A stretch of DNA of 47,543 nt from positions 1-47,543 of the forward strand of contig JBGPXN010000012.1 of the NCBI GenBank assembly GCA_041492755.1, read 5' to 3'. The position numbers were made by a program, and so were the translations under genes. The notes under the pieces were generated by a model that saw only the letters and a program-made list of their open reading frames with translations, was not told where the DNA came from and did no database searches. Positions 39,894 to 47,543 of the stretch are shown piece after piece. The stretch is from Candidatus Methylomirabilia bacterium (lineage in GTDB: Bacteria; Methylomirabilota; Methylomirabilia; Rokubacteriales; CSP1-6). Positions within the stretch are counted from its first letter, which is position 1. Each line of letters starts with the position of its first letter.

Positions 39894-41486
39894 GTGGACG
39901 CGCCGATGACCCCGTTCCGGAAGTGGTCCATCACGGGCACCGTGATGCTGATCACGGTCATGCAGGTCCTCGATACGAGCGTCACCAACGTGGCGCTGCC
40001 GCACATCCAGGGCTCGCTGTCCGCCGGGGTCGAGGAAACGGCGTGGGTGCTCACGTCGTACATCGCGGCCAACGCCATCGTCATTCCGGCGACGGGCTGG
40101 CTCACGGCCGTGATCGGACGCAAGCGCTTCTTCCTGATCTGCACCACGCTGTTCACGGTCTCGTCGTTCCTGTCCGGGCTCGCGCCCACGCTGGAGTCGC
40201 TGGTCCTGATGCGGGTGTTCCAGGGGTTCGGCGGCGGCCCGGTCGTCCCGATGGCGCAGGCGCTCATGTGGGAAATCTTTCCGCTTCGCCAGCGGGGGAT
40301 GGCGATGGCGGTGTGGGGCGTCGGCGTCATGATGGGGCCGGTCCTCGGGCCGACGCTGGGGGGCTGGGTGGTCGACAACTGGTCGTGGCGCTGGGTCTTC
40401 TACATCAACCTGCCCATCGGCATCCTGGGCTTCCTGATGGGATCCGTCTTCCTGTTCGACTCCCAGCACCACCGCAAGCCCGGCCGGGTCGACTTAGCGG
40501 GCCTCGCCCTGATGATCGTCGGCTTCGGCTGCCTGCAGCTCATGCTCGACTGGGGCGAGCGCGAAGACTGGTTCGACTCGAATCTGGTCTGGACTCTGGG
40601 CGTGGTCGCGGTGCTCGCGGTGGTGGCGTTTCTCGTCCGCGAGCTCACGACCCCGGAACCGATCCTCGACGTCAGGGTGTTTGCGCAACGCAACTTCGCC
40701 CTCGGCTCCATCGTCATCGCGCTCTCCGTGTCGACGTTCTACGCGAGCATGCTGCTGCTGGCCCTCTTCACCCAGAAGCTGCTGGGCTACGACGCGTGGA
40801 ACTCGGGCCTGGTGCTCGCCCCCGCGGGCCTCGGCAACATGGTCTCGCTCATCATCGCCGGGCAGCTGGTGGCACGGGTGGACCAGCGCCTGCTGCTGGC
40901 CACGGGCGCGGTCCTCAACATCATTGCGCTGACGTGGATGTCGAACCTCACGCTCGGGATGGACTTCTGGCACCTGGTGGGGCCTCGGCTCCTCCAGGGG
41001 TTAGGGATGGGCTTCATCTTCGTGCCGCTGCAGACCCTGGCCCTGTCCACCATCGGTCTGCACCGGCTGCCGAATGCGACGGCCGCCTTCAACGTCGTCC
41101 GCAACGTGGGCGGCAGCATCGGCATTGCCGCCGTCACCACGCTGCTGGCCCGGCGCAGTCAGTACCACCAGAACGTGTTGGTCGGGCACGTCGATCCCGG
41201 CAATCCGGTCCTGGCCAGTCGTTTCGCCGAGTGGACGTCGTACTTCGCGGCCCAGGGTGCCGATCCGATGACGGCCGGGCACCAGGCGGTGGGCACCGTC
41301 TATCGACAGCTCGTCGCGCAAGCTCAGCTGCTCGCGTACGTGGACGAGTTCCGGCTGCTCTCGTGGTTCTTCGTCGTCATCCTGATCCTGTTACCGTTCA
41401 TGCGCCGCGTGCGCGTCGAAGAGACGGAGCGCCGGACGGCGACGCAAGCCACGCGGGTCGAAGGACTGCCGGCGCCGAGCGAGTAA
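39894..41486 (+). CDS. DHA2 family MFS efflux permease (EmrB/QacA)
   Basis: LDTSVTNVALPHI, WVLTSY, GPVLGPTLGG, WRWVFYINLPIG. Confidence 0.94.
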   Translation: MDAPMTPFRKWSITGTVMLITVMQVLDTSVTNVALPHIQGSLSAGVEETAWVLTSYIAANAIVIPATGWLTAVIGRKRFFLICTTLFTVSSFLSGLAPTLESLVLMRVFQGFGGGPVVPMAQALMWEIFPLRQRGMAMAVWGVGVMMGPVLGPTLGGWVVDNWSWRWVFYINLPIGILGFLMGSVFLFDSQHHRKPGRVDLAGLALMIVGFGCLQLMLDWGEREDWFDSNLVWTLGVVAVLAVVAFLVRELTTPEPILDVRVFAQRNFALGSIVIALSVSTFYASMLLLALFTQKLLGYDAWNSGLVLAPAGLGNMVSLIIAGQLVARVDQRLLLATGAVLNIIALTWMSNLTLGMDFWHLVGPRLLQGLGMGFIFVPLQTLALSTIGLHRLPNATAAFNVVRNVGGSIGIAAVTTLLARRSQYHQNVLVGHVDPGNPVLASRFAEWTSYFAAQGADPMTAGHQAVGTVYRQLVAQAQLLAYVDEFRLLSWFFVVILILLPFMRRVRVEETERRTATQATRVEGLPAPSE

Positions 41487-41553
41487 GGCAAGCGCTCGCG
41501 CGCCACCGGTGGACCCGCCACCGCGCGTGTACACGGCGCGTATAATCGAAGCG

Positions 41554-42861
41554 ATGAAGCACGTGGCCACCTTCCTCCTGATCGCGCTCCTCCTCGTTCC
41601 CGCCGCCCTCGCCGCGCCGGCGGAGCAGCTCCTCGCCACCACCCTCGACAACGGCCTCCGGGTGATCCTGCTCGAGGACCACCGGAGCCCCATCGTGTCC
41701 TTCCAGGTCTGGTACCGGGTCGGCTCGCGCAATGAGCAGCGCGGCGCGACCGGCATCGCCCATTTCCTCGAGCACCTGATGTTCAAGGGCACCTCGCGCT
41801 ACGGCCCGCGGCAGTTCGCCCGGCTCGTGGAGCAAAACGGCGGGCAGGACAACGCCTTTACCTCGCCGGACGTCACCTCGTACTACGTCGACATCGCGTC
41901 GGACCGGCTGGAGCTCGTCGTCGATCTGGAATCCGACCGCATGCAGAACCTCCTGCTCGATCCCAAAGAGATCGACTCCGAGCGCGAGGTCGTGATCGAG
42001 GAGCGCCGCACCCGCACCGAGGACGACCCCGAGGGCTTCCTGGGCGAGGAAGTGAGCTCGATGGCGTTCAAGGCGCATCCGTACAGTCAGCCCATCATCG
42101 GCTGGATGGAGGACATCAAGCGGATCACCCCCGACGAGATCCGCGCCTTCTACAAGACGTACTACGTGCCGAACAACGCCATCGTGGTGGCCGTCGGTGA
42201 TTTCAAGGCGCCCGATCTGCTCGCCCGCATCAAAGCGAAGTTCGGCCCGCTTCAGCGCCGCGACGTCCCGCCCATGACGGCGGTGGAGCCGCCGCAGAAC
42301 GGTGAGCGACGGACGGGGGTGAGCAAGCAGGCCCAGCTGCCCGTCGTGTATCTCGGCTACCACGTGCCGAACCAGCAATCGAAGGACGCCCCCGCCCTCG
42401 AGCTGCTGTCCACCATCCTGAGCGGCGGTCGGGCTTCGCGGATCTACCGTCACCTGATCCAGGAGCGCCAGCTCGCCCTCGAGGCGGGCGGCGACTACAA
42501 CTACTTCTCGATCGATCCCAACCTGTTCTGGTTCTGGGCGACCCCGATGCCGACCCAGACGCCGGAGACGCTCGAGAAGGCGCTGCTCGGCGAGATGGAC
42601 AAGCTCAAGAACGAGCCGGTCACCGAAGAAGAGCTCGCGCGCGCCAAGAACCAGATCGAGGCGGCCTTCGTCTTCCAGCAGGACTCCGTGCACCGCCGGG
42701 CCACGCTGCTCGCGCGCTTCGAGCTCATCGGCGGCCACGATCAGGTCGATTCCTTCGTCCAGAAGATCCGCGCCGTCACCGCCGCCGACGTGCAGCAGGC
42801 GGCGCGGGCGTATTTCCCCGAAGACCGCAAGAACGTCGGCGTCCTGCTCCCGCGTCCCTGA
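41554..42861 (+). CDS. M16 family zinc peptidase with signal peptide
   Basis: LDNGLRV, HFLEHLMFKG (HxxEH), NAFT, EREVVIEE. Confidence 0.93.
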   Translation: MKHVATFLLIALLLVPAALAAPAEQLLATTLDNGLRVILLEDHRSPIVSFQVWYRVGSRNEQRGATGIAHFLEHLMFKGTSRYGPRQFARLVEQNGGQDNAFTSPDVTSYYVDIASDRLELVVDLESDRMQNLLLDPKEIDSEREVVIEERRTRTEDDPEGFLGEEVSSMAFKAHPYSQPIIGWMEDIKRITPDEIRAFYKTYYVPNNAIVVAVGDFKAPDLLARIKAKFGPLQRRDVPPMTAVEPPQNGERRTGVSKQAQLPVVYLGYHVPNQQSKDAPALELLSTILSGGRASRIYRHLIQERQLALEAGGDYNYFSIDPNLFWFWATPMPTQTPETLEKALLGEMDKLKNEPVTEEELARAKNQIEAAFVFQQDSVHRRATLLARFELIGGHDQVDSFVQKIRAVTAADVQQAARAYFPEDRKNVGVLLPRP

Positions 42862-44003
42862 TGGGCCGGCGCTCGGCGCTCCTTGCCGCCGGCCTGGGGC
42901 TTTTCGCCGCCGGCCTCGGCGCGGCCTGGGTGGGGCGTCATCTCGACCGCGAACCTGTGACGCTCGCCGTGACGGGCGTCATGGAAGCCATCCAGGTCGA
43001 CGTCGCGGCCAAGATCACCGGACGGATCGTCGAGCTGACCGTGCGTCAGGGCCAGCCGGTCGAGCGTGGCCAGCTGCTGGCGCGGCTGGACACCGCGGAG
43101 CTGACGGCCGAAGCGCGGCGCGCGGACGCCGCGGTCCGGACGGCGGAGGCCCATCTGCGCGACCTGCGCGCGGGCGCGCGCGTGCAGGAGATCGACGAGG
43201 CCGAAGCGCGACTGGCCCGGGCGGACGCCCAGCTCCGCGACCTTCAAGCGGGCGCGCGCGCCCAGGAGATCGACCAGGCGCGCGCCGGGCTCAACAACGC
43301 CCAGGCCACGCGCGTGATGACGGAGCGTGAGTTCGCGCGCGTCCGTGACCTCTTCTCCCGCGAGTTGATCGCGGCGCAGGACGTGGACCGCGCCCGGCAG
43401 GCGTTCGACGTGGCCCAGGCGAACGAGTGGGCGGCCCGCGAGCGGCTCGCGCTGGTGGAAGCGGGGCCGAGGCCGCACGAAGTGGAGGCGGCGCGCGCAG
43501 AGGTGCGCGCGGCCCGTGAGCGGGTCGCCCTGCTGCGCGCCGGACCCCGCCCGGACGCCGTGGCGGCCGCCGAGTCCCAACTGGCCGAAGCCGGCGCCGC
43601 CGCCGCGCTGTCTCGCGCGCGACTGGCCGAGGCGACCATCACGTCGCCGGTGACCGGTCTCGTGCTCCGCAAGAACGTGGAGCGCGGCGAAACGGTCAAC
43701 CCCGGAACGTCGTTACTCACGCTGATGGATCCGACCGACATGTGGCTGCGCGCGTACGTGTCGGAGACCGACGTCGGCAAGGTCCGGGTCGGCCAGCGCG
43801 CCGCCATCCGCGTGGACGCCTATCCCGGGCGCGCCTTCGACGCCACCGTCAGCGAGGTCGGCTCCGAGGCGGAGTTCACCCCGCGCAACGTGCAGACGAA
43901 GAAGGAGCGGGTCAACCTCGTCTTCCGGGTGAAGCTGGCGGTGAAGAACGGCGAGGGGATCCTCAAGCCCGGGATGCCGGCCGACGCGGAGCTCGTCCCG
44001 TGA
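42861..44003 (+). CDS. HlyD-family efflux membrane fusion protein (YbhG-like)
   Basis: N-terminal anchor, lipoyl halves, long coiled coil, AEFTPRNVQT, LKPGMPAD. Confidence 0.9.
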   Translation: MGRRSALLAAGLGLFAAGLGAAWVGRHLDREPVTLAVTGVMEAIQVDVAAKITGRIVELTVRQGQPVERGQLLARLDTAELTAEARRADAAVRTAEAHLRDLRAGARVQEIDEAEARLARADAQLRDLQAGARAQEIDQARAGLNNAQATRVMTEREFARVRDLFSRELIAAQDVDRARQAFDVAQANEWAARERLALVEAGPRPHEVEAARAEVRAARERVALLRAGPRPDAVAAAESQLAEAGAAAALSRARLAEATITSPVTGLVLRKNVERGETVNPGTSLLTLMDPTDMWLRAYVSETDVGKVRVGQRAAIRVDAYPGRAFDATVSEVGSEAEFTPRNVQTKKERVNLVFRVKLAVKNGEGILKPGMPADAELVP

Positions 44004-45010
44004 CCGAACGTACGGAACGCGTGCCGAGCGCGCCGCTCGCGGTCGAGACGCATGGGCTCACCAAGCGCTTCGGCAAGCTCGTCGCCGTCGATCATCTCGA
44101 CCTCCGGGTCGCGACCGGCGAGCTCTATGGATTTCTGGGGCCGAACGGCGCCGGCAAGTCCACGACGCTCCGCATGCTGTGCGGGATCATGGAACCGACG
44201 GAAGGGCACGGCGCGGTGCTCGGGATCGATTTGCGCCGCGATCCGGAGGCCGTGAAGTCGGCCATCGGGTACATGTCCCAGCGCTTCTCGCTCTACGACG
44301 ACCTCACCGTGGAGGAGAACCTCACCTTCTACGCGCGCGTGTACATGGTCCCGCGCCGCGAGCGCGGGCCGCGCATCGGCCGCATGCTGTGGCTCGCCGA
44401 CCTCCAGGGTCGCGAGCGCCAGCTTTCGGGCCAGCTCTCCGGTGGCTACCGTCAGCGGCTGGCGCTGGCGTGCGCGCTCGTGCACGGCCCACGCCTGATC
44501 TTTCTCGACGAGCCGACGGCGGGTGTCGATCCGGTCTCGCGCCGGACGTTCTGGGCGGTCATCCGCCGGCTCGCCGACGAGGGCACGACGATCCTGGTCA
44601 CCACGCACTACATGGACGAGGCCGAGCTGTGCGACACCCTGGGCTTCATCTACCAGGGCAAGCTCATTGCCGAGGGCAGCCCGCAGCGCCTCAAGAGCGA
44701 GGCGTTTCGCGGCGCGGTGATCGAGCTGGAAACCGATGAGCTCCGCGCCGCCGCCGACGCGCTGAGCGACTGGGACGCCGTCGAAGAGGTTGTGCGCGTC
44801 GGCGTTCGCCTCCGTCTCCTGGTGGGCGCGACCGCGGCGAGCGCCGCCTCGGTCAAGGCATACCTCGCCGCCCGCGGCATTGTGCTGACCTGGGTGCGGG
44901 AGGTCGAGCCGTCGGTGGAAGATCTCTTCGTGTCGTTCGTGGACAAGGAGCGCAAGGGACGCATCCGCCAGCAACTCCGCGCGCTCACCGCGGACGCACC
45001 CGCGCTCTAG
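44000..45010 (+). CDS. ABC-2 type transporter ATP-binding protein
   Basis: GPNGAGKST, YMSQRFSLY, LSGG, FLDEPT, TTHYMDEAE. Confidence 0.92.
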   Translation: MTERTERVPSAPLAVETHGLTKRFGKLVAVDHLDLRVATGELYGFLGPNGAGKSTTLRMLCGIMEPTEGHGAVLGIDLRRDPEAVKSAIGYMSQRFSLYDDLTVEENLTFYARVYMVPRRERGPRIGRMLWLADLQGRERQLSGQLSGGYRQRLALACALVHGPRLIFLDEPTAGVDPVSRRTFWAVIRRLADEGTTILVTTHYMDEAELCDTLGFIYQGKLIAEGSPQRLKSEAFRGAVIELETDELRAAADALSDWDAVEEVVRVGVRLRLLVGATAASAASVKAYLAARGIVLTWVREVEPSVEDLFVSFVDKERKGRIRQQLRALTADAPAL

Positions 45011-45247
45011 CCTGGACTCTTCGTGAACGTGCGACGCGTTCGCCGACCGGGGGGCACGGCCGGAGCTGGGGGGACGGGGCCCTCTGACCACAGCCGACGG
45101 CGTACCGATCACCGGCGAGCCGTTCCCATTCCATACGGCGATGTCGTCGTCTCGGGTGGCGGGAAATGGGTCACCCGGACCCCATCCCCCCATCTCCGCC
45201 CGTGCCCCCCGGTCGATCGCGGTGTGCGCGTTCACGAACGATCCAGG
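45011..45247. mobile_element. Hairpin / MITE-like element, copy A (237 bp)
   Basis: Ends CCTGGACTCTTCGTGAACG...CGTTCACGAACGATCCAGG; ~70-nt complementary arms; CTAG on both flanks. Confidence 0.72.
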
Positions 45248-45263
45248 CCTAGCTCTGGCCTGG

Positions 45264-45501
45264 CTCGGATCATTCACGAGTGATCGTTGCGTGCGCCGAA
45301 CGGGTGACACGGCGGGAGCCGGGAGGACGGGGCCCTCTGACCACGACCGCCGCGACGTCGGAATCAGGGCGAGCCGTTCCCATTCGATTCGTTGGCGGCG
45401 TTAGCGTGCTTGGCGGGAAACGGGTCAACCGGACCCCGTCCTCCCGGCTCCCACCGCGCCACCCGTTCGACCACGGTGGGTGCGTTCATGAATTATCCGG
45501 A
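45264..45501. mobile_element. Hairpin / MITE-like element, copy B (238 bp)
   Basis: Ends CTCGGATCATTCACGAGTG...CGTTCATGAATTATCCGGA; shares core blocks GACGGGGCCCTCTGACCAC, GGCGAGCCGTTCCCATTC, TGGCGGGAAAYGGGTCA with copy A. Confidence 0.72.
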
Positions 45502-45654
45502 CTAGGCTCGCGTCACGATCGCGTGGTCGCGCTCGGCCTGAACAGCCGCATCGTTGACGAACCCGCATCCAATAGTGGGTGCCCGGCGTCGAGCGAACAG
45601 AATCTCAATGATGCCCGGGCGCCATCCAGGTTAGAGATGTTCGCATCCACTGGC

Positions 45655-45825
45655 TATCGCTACAATGCGCAGAGGAAGAAGCGGCTCAAGACGGTGGAGC
45701 TCCTGGTTGCCGAACGCGACTGGGAACCGCCACGGCCTCGCTTCGCCGCCGCACAGATCGTCGCCTTACGCGTCGCCTTCGCCGACGTGGCCCCCCGCGA
45801 GCGGGTGAAGCAGGCCGGTGGCACT
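45655..45825 (+). pseudogene. Internal fragment of a small conserved hypothetical protein
   Basis: YRYNAQRKKRLKTVELLVAERDWEPP...VALRVAF...RERVKQAGG reads as genuine protein inside a non-protein-like ORF; family recalled from memory, not verified. Confidence 0.45.
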
Positions 45826-45884
45826 TGCGCTACGATGGCGTGGCCGCCCTTAGCCTGACCAGTTCGCCATCGCTTGCTCGACGC

Positions 45885-45906
45885 GGTTGTTGTAGATACA
45901 ATAACC
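45885..45906 (+). promoter_or_regulatory. Palindromic operator overlapping the -10 box of the TA operon
   Basis: GGTTGTTGTA-GA-TACAATAACC (9/10 inverted repeat); TACAAT 5 nt before ATG. Confidence 0.7.
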
Positions 45907-45907
45907 T

Positions 45908-46183
45908 ATGCGAATCACGTTCGATCCGATCAAGCGTGCCAAGACGCTGACCGAACGTGGACTGGATTTCGCAGACGCGGCGCTGATCTTTGCCGGTGTC
46001 ACGATAGAGATCGAAGACACTCGGAAGAACTACGGCGAGAAGCGCGTCATCTGCTACGGCTTGTTGGCGGGTCGGGTTGTCGTTGTGGGTTATACCCCGC
46101 GTGGCGCGGATCGCCACATCTTCAGCATGAGGAAGGCCAATGAACGAGAGAAAGCACGCATCGCGCCGCTCCTTGAAGTCTGA
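45908..46183 (+). CDS. brnT: BrnT family toxin (ribonuclease)
   Basis: FDPIKRAKTLTERGLDFADA, YGEKR, RHIFSMRKANERE. Confidence 0.9.
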   Translation: MRITFDPIKRAKTLTERGLDFADAALIFAGVTIEIEDTRKNYGEKRVICYGLLAGRVVVVGYTPRGADRHIFSMRKANEREKARIAPLLEV

Positions 46184-46415
46184 CCTTGCGCGCGTCGATG
46201 CTCATTTGGTGACGCCCGACGAGTACAAAGAGCTGCCTGAGTTGACCGACGAAATGCTTGCCCGCGCGAAGATCAACAAGGGCGGTCGGCCCCTGTCGCT
46301 GAATCCCCGAAGATTGATCTCTCTGCGCTTGCCGGCTGACGTCATCGAACGCTGGAGGGCAACTGGGCCCGGGTGGCAGACTCGCATGGCTGATCGGTTG
46401 CGCAAGGTCCGGTGA
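46140..46415 (+). CDS. brnA: BrnA family antitoxin
   Basis: ELPELTDEM, GGRP, ISLRLPADVIERWRATGPGWQTRM. Confidence 0.9.
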   Translation: MNERKHASRRSLKSDLARVDAHLVTPDEYKELPELTDEMLARAKINKGGRPLSLNPRRLISLRLPADVIERWRATGPGWQTRMADRLRKVR

Positions 46416-46592
46416 AGAAACCTAATAGTAGTTGAACTAAACCGCTGACGCGGTAGGTTCGAGCTCGCGCCTCCCGATCCGTGCGCGGTCGCGCATGCGC
46501 CGGGCGCTTCGCTTCCACATCGCCGATCACGACCTCGGCGCGACGCGCGCTCACAATCGCCTCCGTTCGAACTCTTCGACGGAGGTGTCTCC

Positions 46593-47438
46593 ATGAGCGA
46601 GCTCCGCACCCGCATGATCCGCGACATGACCGCCCGTGGCTTTTCCCCGCGCACCCACGAGTCCGACATCGCCGCCGTGGTGCACTTGGCGAAGCACGAC
46701 AAGCGCCCGCCGGATCAGCTCACCCCCGATGAGGTCCAGGGGTACCTCGCCTCCATGTTCCAGGAGCGCAAGCTGGCCTGGAGCACGTGCAACCAGGCGG
46801 CCCATGCCTTCCGCTTCCTCTACCACGTCACCCTCGGCCACGATCGCGCGCACTTCGTCGTCCCGGCTCCCCGGCAGCCCCAGAAGCTCCCCGAGATCCT
46901 CAGCCGCGAGGAGGTCTGGCGCCTGCTCCACGCCTGCCCGCGCGTCCGCGACCGCCTCCTGCTCGCCACCACCTACGCCGCCGGCCTGCGGGTGAGCGAG
47001 CTGGTCCACCTCAAGGTCTCCGACCTCGACGCCGACCGCATGACCGTGCGCATCGAGCAGGGCAAGGGCGCCCGCGATCGCTACGTGCCGCTGTCCCCGC
47101 GACTGCTCACGGACTGGCGCGCCTCCTGGCAGACCACCCCGCCGCGTCTGTGGCTGTTTCCCAATCGCCAAGGCACCCGCCCGATCGACGTCACCATCCC
47201 CCAGAGGCTCTACACCCTCATGAAGCTCCGCGCCGGCATCCGCAAGCAAGGCGGCATCCACGCCCTGCGCCACGCCTTCGCCACCCACGGGCTCGAAGCC
47301 GGCATCGACCTGCACACCGGGCAGCGCTTGCTCGGCCACCGCTACATCAGCTCCACCCTGCGGTACTTCCACCTGAGCCAGGGCCGCATCCTGGCGACGC
47401 CATCCCCGCTCGACCTGCCGGAGCCGCCCGCCGTCTGA
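46593..47438 (+). CDS. Tyrosine recombinase / site-specific integrase
   Basis: GLRVSE, GKG, HALRH, LGH, TLRY catalytic set; GGAGG RBS. Confidence 0.92.
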   Translation: MSELRTRMIRDMTARGFSPRTHESDIAAVVHLAKHDKRPPDQLTPDEVQGYLASMFQERKLAWSTCNQAAHAFRFLYHVTLGHDRAHFVVPAPRQPQKLPEILSREEVWRLLHACPRVRDRLLLATTYAAGLRVSELVHLKVSDLDADRMTVRIEQGKGARDRYVPLSPRLLTDWRASWQTTPPRLWLFPNRQGTRPIDVTIPQRLYTLMKLRAGIRKQGGIHALRHAFATHGLEAGIDLHTGQRLLGHRYISSTLRYFHLSQGRILATPSPLDLPEPPAV

Positions 47439-47446
47439 GCTGACCC

Positions 47447-47543
47447 GTGGGCCCTCCGGCCCCCGCGGTCAGCATCGCCGTCGACCGCGCGCCCCGGGTC
47501 GAACTCGCCGACATCGTCCGCGCGTACGGCGCGGCGTATGAGC
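47447..47543 (+). mobile_element. 5' end of an IS91-family-like transposase (cut by window end)
   Basis: GTG 47447 opens ...RVELADIVRAYGAAYE, the N-terminus typical of transposases paired with this integrase type. Confidence 0.65.

Noticed and set aside
45011..45501. Hammerhead ribozyme (CTGA...GAAA) or CRISPR array
   Set aside because: CTGACCA does not fit CUGANGA; only two long units with no repeat-spacer periodicity and no cas genes.
45023..45858. ORFs 45023-45283, 45141-45404 and 45280-45858 as genes
   Set aside because: They run through the hairpin elements; only 45655-45825 looks protein-like.
45530..46445. Integron attC sites around BrnTA
   Set aside because: GTTAGAG (45630) and ACCTAAT (46420) are only partial matches; no paired R''/L''/L'/R' structure found, and the integrase shows no evident IntI-specific insertion.

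Overview
High-GC (roughly 70% by eye) bacterial chromosomal segment; gene style suggests Candidatus Rokubacteria/Methylomirabilota (inference only). Contents in order: end of a peptide ABC transporter operon; lactonase-like + hydantoinase A/B operon; degenerate ABC ATPase; a cAMP module (class II phosphodiesterase divergent from a CHASE2-adenylate cyclase-PilZ protein) translationally coupled to a split cobalamin methyltransferase set; a sigma54 activator followed by a sigma54 promoter driving STAS-GNAT / 7TM kinase / secreted protein / hybrid kinase; aroK-amidase-D-aminoacylase; a multi-GAF kinase/sigma54 regulator pair; an RRM protein; a DUF169-UroD/MtaA fusion; TPR-aspartyl protease; malic enzyme; DksA/TraR; PlsC; IaaA; UDG; LLM oxidoreductase; cupin; efflux genes; then a mobile hotspot (two tandem ~237-bp hairpin elements, BrnTA, tyrosine integrase + IS91-like transposase start). 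Signals read directly from the DNA: two sigma54 promoters sharing tandem GGGC-N5-GC(C/A)CG boxes plus IHF consensus sites, two hairpin repeat families with compensatory changes, an 8-codon junction-duplicating mini-ORF, several cleanly deleted gene remnants absent from the ORF track, and recurrent leaderless-type starts. No CRISPR array, rRNA or tRNA seen. All protein family calls are from motif recognition, not database searches.
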